A stretch of DNA of 64,000 nt from an uncultured Gammaproteobacteria bacterium (GTDB taxonomy: Bacteria; Pseudomonadota; Gammaproteobacteria; Steroidobacterales; Rariloculaceae), in contig CAVUTF010000029.1 in NCBI GenBank assembly GCA_963744305.1, positions 2,559 to 66,558 of the forward strand, in the 5' to 3' direction. Positions 1 to 9,946 of the stretch are shown here, in pieces; position 1 is the stretch's first letter; each line of letters begins with the position of its first letter. The notes beneath the pieces were generated by a model. It saw nothing but the letters and a program-made list of their open reading frames with translations, searched no databases and was not told where the DNA came from. The translations under genes were made by a program, and so were the position numbers.

Positions 1-98
1 ATGAGCGCATTGAGCGCGGCGACTTCCTCGCGCGACAGGGCCTGCTTCACGACGATGAAACCCATGAGATCGAAGAGATACTTTTCTTCAGCGTTCAC
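1..98 (-). CDS. Phytanoyl-CoA dioxygenase (PhyH)-like Fe(II)/2OG dioxygenase, N-terminal fragment running off the window
   Basis: Manual translation from GTG at 98: MNAEEKYLFDLMGFIVVKQALSREEVAALNAL, resembling the typical PhyH-family N-terminus (F..xG(Y/F)xVVxxALSxEEV); start directly abuts the upstream stop. Confidence 0.6.
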   Translation of the reverse strand, partial: MNAEEKYLFDLMGFIVVKQALSREEVAALNAL

Positions 99-754
99 CT
101 AGAGGATCTCCCTTCCAACGTCGTTGTAGACACCCGCGGTCGTGAGACGCACGGGCTCGCTGATGTCGTCGAGGTCCCGCGCGATCGCGGCAAGCGCGCC
201 GTACGAGGGCAGCGTCCAAACCGCGAGACCGCCGGGGTCCGGGGCAAGTTTGCCGATCCCGACGATGCACAGCGCGAGCGTCAACTTCGGGTGTGACACG
301 GCGCGCTTCGAGTACAGCGCGCGGATCTCGTCGTCCGAGCCGACCGGCTCGAAGAACTCGGCATAGTAGATCCCGTTTTGCTGCCGCACCGGCTCCAGCA
401 ACGGCTCATAGCATCCCGCCCGGTCGATCCGTGCGAGCTCACGGAACGGCTTCTCCAACGCGTCGGCCTCGCCGGAACGAAAGACCTTGTCCCAGTCGTC
501 GAGACGCTCGAGTCCGGCGGTCGGCGTGTACCAGACCGTCATGTACTCGGGCTCGGGTCCGAGCCGCCACGTACGGCCCATGCTGAGAATCATCTGGTCC
601 TCGGACCAGGAACCCTCCCAGCCGCTCTGTCCCGCGAGGACCGCGCGATGGAACCGTTGCAACTGGCTCTCGAACGACTCGACCGCCAGTGTCCCGCGGT
701 CGTTTTCGCGAGGCCCGGCTGCGGACGGCGGCTGGTGAACTCGATGTAAATCAT
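99..754 (-). CDS. Hypothetical protein with two internal repeats (possible dimeric alpha/beta-barrel, NIPSNAP-like); 5' frameshift
   Basis: ORF 99..776 joined to MIYIEFTSRRP (ATG 754) in another frame; the halves echo each other (IYIEF/YYAEF, RLGPEPEYMTVW/KLAPDPGGLAVW, AGCY/AGVY). Confidence 0.55.
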
Positions 755-889
755 GTGAGGTGTCTCGCTCCGCCAAAGCATAGCAGTGCCGTCAGGAGAG
801 AAAACTTTGGACGGGCTCACACGGTCTCCTTGGCTCAAGCGGATGGAGAAGGCGGTTACAGTAGCGGTCCGGTGTTTGAGGGAAGACTC

Positions 890-2310
890 ATGAGAAAAGG
901 ATTCGTCGAATCGTGGGCGCTCGCCGCCAGTCTGATTGCCGCACCCGCTTTGGCCCAGAAGATGCCGGACATCGGCTTCGAGAGCGTCGGCCGCGGCCGG
1001 CCGCTCGCCGCCAGCGTGCTCGACTATGAACAAGAGGTAGGACCGAACTGGATCCGCCAGCCGCGCCAGCAGCCCGGCCCGGACGTGAAGAAGCCGTTCC
1101 CCCTGAACGGCTACCTCCCGGCCGACGTGCCGAAGGACTACAAGCCGCTGCCGCGCGACCTCTTCAACAGCCCGGATTTCTACGCCGACAAGGAGCTTTG
1201 GACCGACCCGCGCTATTTCCGCTGCAACAGCCCGCAAGCGACGGAGTATCAACGCGGAGTCCTGGCGCGTCCCGGCGTGAACACGTCGGATTCGGATGCC
1301 GACGGGCCCTGGGGGCACTGCGACATCGACATGCCGCGCGAAGCCATCGTGAGCCCATACGGATTCAAGACGGCGCAGGAACACTACGAGGCGCTGAAAG
1401 CAGAGACGACGAAACGCGGCGGCCCGAGCGTCTATACCTACGAGAATTTTCCGAACGCCGAGTGGAACGGCACGTACCAGCGCCCGGGCGGAGGCGGCGC
1501 CGGCGCCGTCAACCAAAGCAACTGGTATTGGGGTAGGCACAGCCAGATCTCGACGGTGCTCTCGGTGCTGACGCCGAAGTACCAGGAGTGGATGGTGCAG
1601 GAGGCCTATCACCAAGTGCGCGGTCACGCGATGTGGCCTTCGACGTTCTGCTGGCCGGAAGGCTTCATGCGGCGCTGGTACCCGGCGGCCGTCTGGGAGC
1701 ACTACGTCATCGCCACGCCGGACCTCGTGCACGTGCGCGCGGGCGTCGCGCGCAACTTCATCCAGGACACCTACGTCGGCCGCGATTTCAACATGGAGGA
1801 CGTGCCGAAGGGCGGCGTGCCGCGCCTCGGCGCTGCGGTGCCGCGGTGGTACGGCGAGACGATCGGCTTCTGGGACAAGGACACGCTGATCACCTGGACG
1901 AGCAACATCCAGGGCTGGAAGTCGCACGCGCAGTTCGAGTTCTCGAGCAAGATGCAGTCGATCGAGATCTACACGCCGATTCGCGAGAACGGCCAATTCA
2001 TCGGCCTGAACCACGAGACGATCCTCTACGACGAGGAGGCGTTGGCGGAGCCGGTGCGCATCGTGCGCAATCTGCACAAGATCAACAAATTCACCGACGA
2101 CGACCAAGTGCCGTACGCCTTCATCGAGTGCGTGCAGACGATCTTCTCGGTCAACGGCGTCAACACGCCGCTCACGCCGGGCAGCAAGATCGAGTACGAG
2201 ATGCCCGACATGTACGGCCGCCCTGGGCCAAGGTCTGGGGCGAGCAGTTCGAGCAAGGCATGAGCAAGCCCGAAGAATCCGAGGACTTGTTCGATTTCAG
2301 CGATAACTAG
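890..2310 (+). CDS. Secreted hypothetical protein, paralog 1 (Cys-containing; C-terminal domain like that of the DUF6152-type proteins); frameshift near 2222
   Basis: Signal peptide [23 protein letters not shown]; motifs [38 protein letters not shown]; tail [26 protein letters not shown] in the shifted frame matches the paralog 2 tail. Confidence 0.75.
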
Positions 2311-2351
2311 CAGCTGCGCGGCGGCAAGCCGCGCGACTCTTTGGGGGATGG

Positions 2352-3733
2352 ATGGCGACGAAGAGCAGCGAAGGGTTTTGGAAGTTGCGGCGGCTCGCGA
2401 TCGCACTCGCGATGCGCAGCGCCGGTGGCGGCGCAGAAAGCCCGCAGATCGACTTCAAGAGCGTCGGCCGCGGCGCACCGGTCATGGTGGACGCCGCCAC
2501 GTTGCCGGTGATCGGCGCCACTTACCAAGGAGGTCCGGGAGGCGAAGGAAACCAAGCGAACCCTGCGCCGAGGACGTTCGTCGGTTTGGCGAGCCCGGCG
2601 AAGCACCGAAGGGCGTCGAGCCGCTGCCGCGCGACATGTTCACGTCCGACGACTTCTACAAGGACAAAGAGCTCTGGTCCGATCCGCGCTATTTCCGTTG
2701 CAACACGACCGTAGCGATCGAAGACATGTGGACTCAGCGTGGCGCGATCGGCCAGAACGGGCCGACGTCGGCGGGGTGGGGACGTTGCGACAGCGACTAT
2801 CCGCGCGAAGCGATCGTGAGCCCGTATCCGTTCAAGACCGCGCAAGAGCATTACGAGGCGCTGAAAGCGGAGACGACGAAGCGCGGCGGCCCGACGAAGC
2901 ACACCTACGCGACCGTGCCCGGCGACGAGTGGACGGGCCGCTACGGCCGCGCGTCGACCGAGAGCTGGTACCAGGCGCGCAAGATGCAGGTCTCGACGAT
3001 GGCGTCGCTGCTGACGCCGAAGTATCAGCAATACCTGGTGCAGGAGGCCTATCACTCGGGCAACACGAACGTCGCGCATTGGCAGTCGCAGTACTGCTGG
3101 CCCGAAGGCTTCATGCGCCGCTGGCACCAGGCCGCGATTCGCGACCACTACATCACGGTGACGCCGCAGCAGGTCCAAATCATGACCGGCATCGCGCGCA
3201 ACTTCATCACCAACATCTTGATCGGCCGCGAGTTCGACATGTCGGGCGCGACCCCACGCCTAGGCGCCGACGTGCCGCGCTGGTACGGCGAGACGATCGG
3301 CTTCTGGGACAAGGACACCCTGATCACGTGGACGTCCAACGTCATCGGTTGGAAGGTGCATGCCGACTTCGAGTTCTCGAACAAGATGCAAACGATCGAG
3401 ATCTACTCGCCGTACCGCGACGCGAGCGGCAAGTTCCTGGGGTTGAACCACGAGGCGATCTTCTACGACGAGGACGCGCTCGTGGAGCCGATCCGCATCG
3501 TGCGCAACTTCGACAAGCAGGGCGACCTCAGCGAAGGCCCGCCGTACATCTACATCGACTGCGTGCAGACGATCTTCCCGATCAACGGCAAGGCTACGCC
3601 GGTGACGCCGGGCGCTACCTTCGAGTACGAGCAGCTCGATATGTACGGCCGGCCGTGGGGCTACCTCTGGCAGAAGTACTACGAGCAGAACATGGAGCGG
3701 CCCGAAGAAGAGGACATCTTCAGCTTCGAATAG
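2352..3733 (+). CDS. Secreted hypothetical protein, paralog 2; frameshifts in 5' part
   Basis: [11 protein letters not shown] matches [11 protein letters not shown] of paralog 1; same [29 protein letters not shown] and [12 protein letters not shown] blocks. Confidence 0.75.
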
Positions 3734-3772
3734 CCATGGTTCGGCGTGTGTGTGCATACCGAGCGGCCACTG

Positions 3773-4465
3773 ATGAAACGCATCGCACTCGTCGGTGATT
3801 ACAATGAAACCAGAGTCGCGCATCGCGCGATTCCCATTGCTCTCAAGTTGGCCGCGCAAGACTTGCGGGTGGATGTGTCGTGGGAATGGTTGCCGTCGCG
3901 CGAATTGCAGCCGACTGTCCAAGCGCGGCTCGAACCGTATGCGGCCGTGTGGTGCGTGCCGGGAAGTCCGTACCAAAATACCCAAGGCGTAATCGAAGCG
4001 ATTCGTTGTGCGCGTTTGCAGAAGCGGCCGTTTCTTGGAACTTGCGGCGGGTTTCAGCACGCGATACTCGAGTACGCCCAAGCCGTTTGGGGTATCGATG
4101 CAGTTAACGCGGAAACGAATCCCGACGCGAAGGATCCTGTGATCGCGCCGTTGGTTTGCTCGCTCGTAGAGGTGCGCGGTGGACTGTGCTTCGAGCCCGG
4201 CTCGCGGTTGCGAAACATCTATGGCAGGGATTCCGCGAATGAGGAGTATCACTGCAACTATGGGTTCAATGCGCGCTATGCGGATCGGCTGCAGAGTGGG
4301 CCGCTCAAAGTCGCGGCGCGCGATGAGGAGGGCGGCGTGCGCGCAGTGGAGCTCGACGAGCACCCGTTTTTTATCGGTACGCTGTTCCAGCCTGAGCGCG
4401 CCGCGTTGCGCGAGCAAACGCCGCCGCTGGTGAAGGCGTTTGTCGAGGCCGTGGCCTCTAACTGA
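3773..4465 (+). CDS. Stand-alone CTP-synthase C-terminal-like class I glutamine amidotransferase domain protein
   Basis: RIALVGDY, VPGSPY, PFLGTCGGFQH, YHCNYG, HPFFIGTLFQPER; no synthase domain. Confidence 0.85.
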   Translation: MKRIALVGDYNETRVAHRAIPIALKLAAQDLRVDVSWEWLPSRELQPTVQARLEPYAAVWCVPGSPYQNTQGVIEAIRCARLQKRPFLGTCGGFQHAILEYAQAVWGIDAVNAETNPDAKDPVIAPLVCSLVEVRGGLCFEPGSRLRNIYGRDSANEEYHCNYGFNARYADRLQSGPLKVAARDEEGGVRAVELDEHPFFIGTLFQPERAALREQTPPLVKAFVEAVASN

Positions 4466-4488
4466 AGGGAAAAGCCGGCGCCTAGCTC

Positions 4489-4532
4489 GCGCGTGGATAC
4501 CTCTCTCCCGCGATTGACAAGCAGCTTGTCAA
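4489..4532. repeat. 44-bp dispersed repeat copy A containing palindrome TTGACAAG-N3-CTTGTCAA
   Basis: 39/44 ungapped identity (manual count) to 9137-9180. Confidence 0.85.
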
Positions 4533-4650
4533 CACGCGCGAACCGCTGTTGCGCAAAGTTGACTTCGTAGCAATGGCCCGCTTTTGGCAATCGCTTGCTA
4601 ACGCTGCCCCGCCGTCGAGCCGCGGTCGTCGTCACGCCGCGCTGCCTGAT

Positions 4651-7263
4651 CTAGAAGGTGATGTTGAACCCGACGCCCAATTGCCGCGGCTGACCAATGA
4701 CCGAGAAGTTGAAGCCCCACACGGTGCGCGTGTCGAAGCCGCCGTTGACATACTGCTCGTCCGTGAGGTTCGTCGCCCACAGGTCCGCCGTCCAGTTGCC
4801 TCGACTGGGCGTGAACACCATGCGGCCGTTCAAGACGCCGTAGGCGGGCTCGAATATCATGTTGCCGTTCTCGTCGCGCGGGATTCGGTGATTCGACGTG
4901 TCGCGGACGTATTCGTCCATCCAGCCATAGTTGCCGATGAACGCGAGGCTCGCGCCGCTCGACAACGGCTGATCGTACTGGATGCCGAGCGAGGCGCTGT
5001 TGTCCGGCGCGTAGGCGAACGGCGCGTCGAGCGACGAGATGCCCGTGCCGGTGAGGTCGGTTACGGGAATAACGATTGGACCAGAGAGATCGTTACCGGT
5101 ATTGGAGAACGTGCCGGTCGCCAGATAGTTCGTGTCGAGGATGCCGATGTTGACGTTCACACGCCAACGATCAGTCGGTGCATAGACGATCTCGAACTCG
5201 AACCCACTGGCCTCGCCTGCGCCATCGCTCGAGATGATCGTGTTGGGCAACCGGTTGCCGGTGCATGGGTGCGTCGCCAACGTCGCCACGCGCATACCAT
5301 CCCAATCGGCGTCGAAATAGCTTGCGTTGAAGCGCAACGTACTGTCGCGCCAATCCGATCTAAGGCCCAACTCGCGGCTCGTGACGAGCTCGCGGTTCTG
5401 CGGGTACGACACTCGAGCTTGGACTGTTTGCGGGCAGCCGAGTGGCCCAACCACAGGCAGCGTTATGACTTGAGCGACAGCGTCGGTAAAGCCCTCGCCC
5501 CAGCTCGTGTAGAGCATGACGTCGTCGTTGAGCTGGTACTGCAGAGCGACCTTGTTGGTGGTATTGCGGCCGAAGTCCGGATCGTCGCGCGAGATCGGGT
5601 CGTCGTAAGCATAAATGTCGCCGTCGACCGGATCGCCCGAAACGTCGTTACGGATGTACGGTGGGCTCGGGTCTGTAAGGGTCGTGCCACTATCGTCCGT
5701 GACGCGCACGCCGAGCGTCAGGTCGAGCTTTTCGGTGAGCCCGATCGTGACTTCGCCGAAAAAGGCGGTCTGCTCGTCGAGATTGTCGGTCACAGACCGG
5801 TTCGACCCCGGCAAGGTCATCGTCCAAAGCGACGGGTTGAGGCCGCCAACCACGGCGGTGGTCGTGCCGGTGAGGGCGCACGGCCCACCGGCCGGAAAGA
5901 TCGGCAGCGGCACGTTGTTGTACACCGCCGTCGACCAGTCATAGAGATACTGGCACGCCGCGACGCTCATGCGATCTCGCGGCGTGGGCGAGTTGTTGAT
6001 GTCGCCGGGCTGACGCGGCAGGTCCCAGACCGACCAGCGGTCGGCACGCGACTTGGTTTTCTCCTCGAGCATATATAGACCGCCGAGCCACGTGAGACGG
6101 TCGTTGAAATTCGAGCCGGTCAGGTGAAATTCCTGCGTGAAGTTGTTGTCGACCGAGCGATTCTCGTCGATAGTGAAGGTGAACTCGGAGCCGTCGTAAT
6201 CAACGTTCGACGTGCGCTGCATCTCCCACGTCGATGTGATCGACTCGAACTGAAGGTTCTCGCCGATGTCCCAGTTCATCGTGATCGTGTAGTACTCCAA
6301 GTCGCGCCGGATACCGTCATCGGCCGTATCCGACTTCGTCTGCCACTTGCCGAGCTCGCCGCCGGGATATCCCGTCTCGTGACTCTCCGGAGTGAACCGG
6401 TCAGACGGGAAACTTGCCGTGAAAGGCGAAGCCGCGAAATTCGGGTTAACCGCACGCGCCATCGCGAGGTAGTCGGGGTTGCCGGCAAGCACGTTGTACC
6501 GGGTGATCTGTGGATGGTCCGTGTTCGAGAACCGGACGATGCGAGCGTCGGTGCTGCTCTTGTCTTCGTAGTTGGCCGTGAATCGCAGGCTGAAATTGTC
6601 CGTCGGCTCCCAGAGGAGGTCGCCGCGGAAGAGCTCGTCATCCTGGCCGCCCAACGAGTGTCCCAACGTGACGCTCTCGACGAAGCCATCGTTCTGGAGG
6701 CTCGAGACCATCCACTTCGATTTCAGCTTCTCCGTCAGCGGCACGTCGAAGGCGGCCGTGATGTTCCGCCGTTCGAACTCGCCGAGCTCGACGCCCAGAC
6801 GCACTCCGAACTCGTCACTTGGCGCGCGAGTCGTGATGCTGATCGCACCGCCGTTGGTGTTACGGCCGAACAACGTTCCTTGCGGCCCGCGCAGCACCTC
6901 AACGCGCTCGACTTCCTGAAAATTCGACTCGAGGAAACCGTACGTCGATTGCCAAATGCCGTCGACATAGATACCGACACCGGGTATGCCGCGAATCAAA
7001 AACACGCCGCCGCCGCCGGCGCCGCTGGGATTGGCGACGAGATTGGGCACCATGATGCCAAGGTCGGCGCCCGTTTCGAGACCGCCGAGCTCGAGATCCT
7101 CGGCGCTGAACGCCTGGATGGAGATCGGCGTGGATTGCAAGTTCGTCTCGCGGCGTTGCGCAGTTACGACGATTTCTTCGAGCTGCGCGAAAGCGCGCAA
7201 AGGCACGAGCGACGCCGAGACAGCGATGCCTAATGCACTCAAGCGCGGAATGGAAATAGCCAT
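4651..7263 (-). CDS. TonB-dependent receptor
   Basis: Signal peptide, TonB-box/plug motifs LEEIVVTAQRRE, ERVEVLRGPQGTLFGRN; C-terminal TNLTD..Y...PRQLGVGFNITF ending in Phe. Confidence 0.95.
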   Translation of the reverse strand: MAISIPRLSALGIAVSASLVPLRAFAQLEEIVVTAQRRETNLQSTPISIQAFSAEDLELGGLETGADLGIMVPNLVANPSGAGGGGVFLIRGIPGVGIYVDGIWQSTYGFLESNFQEVERVEVLRGPQGTLFGRNTNGGAISITTRAPSDEFGVRLGVELGEFERRNITAAFDVPLTEKLKSKWMVSSLQNDGFVESVTLGHSLGGQDDELFRGDLLWEPTDNFSLRFTANYEDKSSTDARIVRFSNTDHPQITRYNVLAGNPDYLAMARAVNPNFAASPFTASFPSDRFTPESHETGYPGGELGKWQTKSDTADDGIRRDLEYYTITMNWDIGENLQFESITSTWEMQRTSNVDYDGSEFTFTIDENRSVDNNFTQEFHLTGSNFNDRLTWLGGLYMLEEKTKSRADRWSVWDLPRQPGDINNSPTPRDRMSVAACQYLYDWSTAVYNNVPLPIFPAGGPCALTGTTTAVVGGLNPSLWTMTLPGSNRSVTDNLDEQTAFFGEVTIGLTEKLDLTLGVRVTDDSGTTLTDPSPPYIRNDVSGDPVDGDIYAYDDPISRDDPDFGRNTTNKVALQYQLNDDVMLYTSWGEGFTDAVAQVITLPVVGPLGCPQTVQARVSYPQNRELVTSRELGLRSDWRDSTLRFNASYFDADWDGMRVATLATHPCTGNRLPNTIISSDGAGEASGFEFEIVYAPTDRWRVNVNIGILDTNYLATGTFSNTGNDLSGPIVIPVTDLTGTGISSLDAPFAYAPDNSASLGIQYDQPLSSGASLAFIGNYGWMDEYVRDTSNHRIPRDENGNMIFEPAYGVLNGRMVFTPSRGNWTADLWATNLTDEQYVNGGFDTRTVWGFNFSVIGQPRQLGVGFNITF

Positions 7264-7533
7264 GATGTCCCCCGATGATTCAGTGCTACCCGAAGCCCAA
7301 CTTGCGTCGCAATCACGCGACGATTCGTGGCGGCGCCGCAAGTCGAACAAGCGATCGTTACCAAGTCAAATTTCGCGGGCGCGGACGCGTGGTCGCAAGT
7401 GCCATAGACGGGTTGACGGGCCACCAGGCTAGCGCGAAGCGTGCGCGGAATGCGTTCCTTGGTGCCGGCTTCAGTATTGGCTTCTAGTTCGCGCCGCGCG
7501 GCGCGAGCGCTTCGATGGGACTAACATGGGCGC

Positions 7534-8406
7534 ATGAGCATCGCGCTGGGGGTCGATAGCCTTTGCTGGCATATGCGCCTGACCTCCGGCGCGATCACCG
7601 TCGAGCAAGTCCTCGCGGCCGCGGCGTCACTTGGGGCGCCCGTGGTCACGCTGAATCTTCACCACGTGCGCGAACGATCCGTGCAACAGCTCGTCGAGCT
7701 GCACGGCCGCGCTCGAAGCCTGGGCCTAAGGCTTTTGGCGCAAGGCGATTTCATCGGCTCGCCGCGCTTGGGCAACGACGTCTCGGTCGGCATTACGCGC
7801 ATTCATGAGTGGGCCGAACGCGCGGCGGCGCTCGAGAGTCCCTCGCTGCGGCTGGTGTCGGGGTTCTACAGGGCAGAGCTCGCCGGGCAACCGGAGCTCA
7901 TCGAAGCGGAGCGGCGCTACGTGAGCGAGGTTCTCGCTCGGGCCTCGGAGAGCGCTCGCGTGGTGGGCGTTCGCCTGCTCCTCGAAAATCATTCGGACTT
8001 CACGGTGGACGAATACGAGCGCATCGTGCGCGACGTCGGCCGCGACCGGATGGGCGTTTTCCTCGATCTCATCAACCCCGTCGTCACGTTCGATGATCCG
8101 ATCCGCGCGATCGAACGCTTAGCCCCGTTTGCGTCGAGCGGGCACGTTCGCGACTTCGAGCTGCGTTCGATCCAACAGCCCGACAACTACCATCGGCGCG
8201 GCTTCGAAGTGTTGTACCGGTATCCGGGTGAAGGCGTCGCGCCCGTGGCTGCGCTGGTGACCAAGCTTGTGCAAGTGGTCGGCGACCGGCCGTATGACCT
8301 CTCGATCGAAGGTCTCGACAGTCAGGCGGACGTCGATGATCAGGTCGAGCGCCTTGGAGCGGCGATGGCCTATGTGCGTGGGCTGCTCGCCGGTGCGCCG
8401 CCCTAA
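7534..8406 (+). CDS. Sugar phosphate isomerase/epimerase family (xylose-isomerase-like TIM barrel)
   Basis: LLENH, FLDLIN, GHVRD, PGEG, LSIE metal-site motifs. Confidence 0.8.
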   Translation: MSIALGVDSLCWHMRLTSGAITVEQVLAAAASLGAPVVTLNLHHVRERSVQQLVELHGRARSLGLRLLAQGDFIGSPRLGNDVSVGITRIHEWAERAAALESPSLRLVSGFYRAELAGQPELIEAERRYVSEVLARASESARVVGVRLLLENHSDFTVDEYERIVRDVGRDRMGVFLDLINPVVTFDDPIRAIERLAPFASSGHVRDFELRSIQQPDNYHRRGFEVLYRYPGEGVAPVAALVTKLVQVVGDRPYDLSIEGLDSQADVDDQVERLGAAMAYVRGLLAGAPP

Positions 8407-8409
8407 CCT

Positions 8410-8736
8410 TCACGCGGCCGCAGCGCGTAAGCGGAGGCCGAGGGCTTTCGCTACTCGAAGGACGGTGTCCAAGCTTGGGTGGCCGCTGTCGCTCAGGGCC
8501 TTGTAGAGGCTCTCGCGGCTCAGCCCCGTGTCCCGCGCCAACTGCGACATGCCTTTGGCGCGGGCAACGTCGCCGAGCGCACGCGCGATGCCCGCGGAGT
8601 CTTCGGGAAAGTCGCTGAGCCACGCGTCGAGATACGCTGCCATTTCCTCCGGCGTGCGCAACTGCGCGGCGACATCGTATGGAAAAGTCTTTGTCTTACC
8701 GCGGAGGGTCGCCTTGCGTCTTTGCTTCACTTTCAT
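8410..8736 (-). CDS. Addiction-module antidote protein (Xre/HigA-like HTH, HI1420 type)
   Basis: YDVAAQL..EEMAAYL, ALGDVARAKGMSQLARDTGLSRESLYKALS..GHP; overlaps toxin stop by 4 nt. Confidence 0.9.
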   Translation of the reverse strand: MKVKQRRKATLRGKTKTFPYDVAAQLRTPEEMAAYLDAWLSDFPEDSAGIARALGDVARAKGMSQLARDTGLSRESLYKALSDSGHPSLDTVLRVAKALGLRLRAAAA

Positions 8737-9017
8737 AGGTGTCTCGCTAAGGTGAGAGCCGCGTGAATGTCGCGCCGTTGGCTCGACTTATCGCCGCCGC
8801 AGAGCACGACCAGCTCGCCTTTCCACTCGGTGTAGTACACGCGATAGCCGGGTCCAAAATCCATCTTCAGCTCGCATATGCCGCCCGCAAGTCGTCGATA
8901 TTTTCCGGGATTCCCGTGCAGGAGCCGGTCGATTCTGGCTTGAATGCGCACCCTCCTGACAGCGTCCGCGACGGAGTCGATCCAATCCCAATAGACCGCC
9001 GTAAGTCGGGCCCGCAT
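8733..9017 (-). CDS. Type II toxin, RelE/ParE superfamily (HI1419/HigB-like, toxin-first order)
   Basis: RIQARIDRL..GNPG, GICELKMDFGPGYRVYY, LCGGDKSSQRRDI. Confidence 0.9.
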   Translation of the reverse strand: MRARLTAVYWDWIDSVADAVRRVRIQARIDRLLHGNPGKYRRLAGGICELKMDFGPGYRVYYTEWKGELVVLCGGDKSSQRRDIHAALTLARHL

Positions 9018-9021
9018 CGAC

Positions 9022-9039
9022 TGTAGTCCATAGGATACA
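9022..9039. promoter_or_regulatory. Probable TA autoregulatory operator
   Basis: Imperfect palindrome TGTAgTCC-ATA-GGATACA just upstream of the toxin start. Confidence 0.5.
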
Positions 9040-9136
9040 CATGGTCAACGTCTGAAGTGTGAGGTAGCGGTGCATCGATGTCGGGCCGCAAATGTGGCGA
9101 GAAGAACCAGAAACGACGCGGGCAGGCCGAGCCCAT

Positions 9137-9209
9137 GCGCGTGGACACCTGTCTTCTGCGATTGACAAGGAGCTTGTCAATCGCGCGACTTTGACAAGCA
9201 GCTTGTCAG
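9137..9209. repeat. 44-bp dispersed repeat copy B plus a third palindrome copy
   Basis: GCGATTGACAAG-GAG-CTTGTCAATCGC (perfect 12-bp arms, 9158-9184) followed by TTGACAAGCAGCTTGTCAG at 9191-9209. Confidence 0.85.
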
Positions 9210-9550
9210 CCGGCGCGAGAGACCTCACGCACTGCGGCCTCGCCGCTCGGTCGATCATCACGTCGTACACGCCGCGCGCGACGCTGCCGCATGCGTTGAC
9301 GCCTCGGGTCGTCGGAAGCCCGTGCGCGTCGAGATCGGGCATCCAAGGCCCCGATCAGCGGGTGTCTCTTGTCGACATCGGAGGCGCCCAGCGCTGTTTT
9401 CGTCGAGCCATTTCAAGCAGTTAGCCGGCGAGCGCGAATAAAGCGAAAAACAAGCGCGCGGTGATGGACTGTCCTCTGCCGAGCCCACGTTCGGTGCCCG
9501 ACGGCCCGAAAGCATGACCTTCGATTCACCCATTCGAAGAGGAGACCAAC

Positions 9551-9862
9551 ATGAAGAGCTCAGCAACCAAGGGTGCCGCCATCGGGCTTGCCTGCATCGC
9601 GCTGTGCACGAGCGCCCTTGCCGATCCCAAGCCGGGCCCGGCGAGCTGTACGGGTTACGAAGCTTCGGACGTGTCGCCGCCCGGCAGCGAAGACGGTCCG
9701 TTTTCGCAGTACGGCATGCCCGGCATTCTCGCGTTCATCGACGCGATCATTGCAACGACCGGCGGGACGCGCGGTGCCGTGATCAGGGCGTTGGCCCAGC
9801 TTCACGAGGGCTCTCACGACGCATGCGACGCGGTGGTTGGCATACCGCCCGGCGCGGAATAG
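9551..9862 (+). CDS. Small secreted hypothetical protein
   Basis: GGAG RBS, signal peptide ending ALA, two Cys in mature part. Confidence 0.7.
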   Translation: MKSSATKGAAIGLACIALCTSALADPKPGPASCTGYEASDVSPPGSEDGPFSQYGMPGILAFIDAIIATTGGTRGAVIRALAQLHEGSHDACDAVVGIPPGAE

Positions 9863-9946
9863 CCACGGCCGGAGGACGGCCTCGGCGGCACGAATCGCGC
9901 CGGGGCCACTCGCGCCCTTCATCGCGGACGATCGAGGAGAGCTGAA

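Noticed and set aside
590..7233. Long antisense ORFs (e.g. 590..2107-, 4549..6078+, 6124..7233+) and similar ones throughout
   Set aside because: Shadow frames of real high-GC genes; Arg/Ala-rich with no motifs
9210..9500. Possible gene remnant between the palindromes and the small secreted gene
   Set aside because: No recognisable motif in any frame
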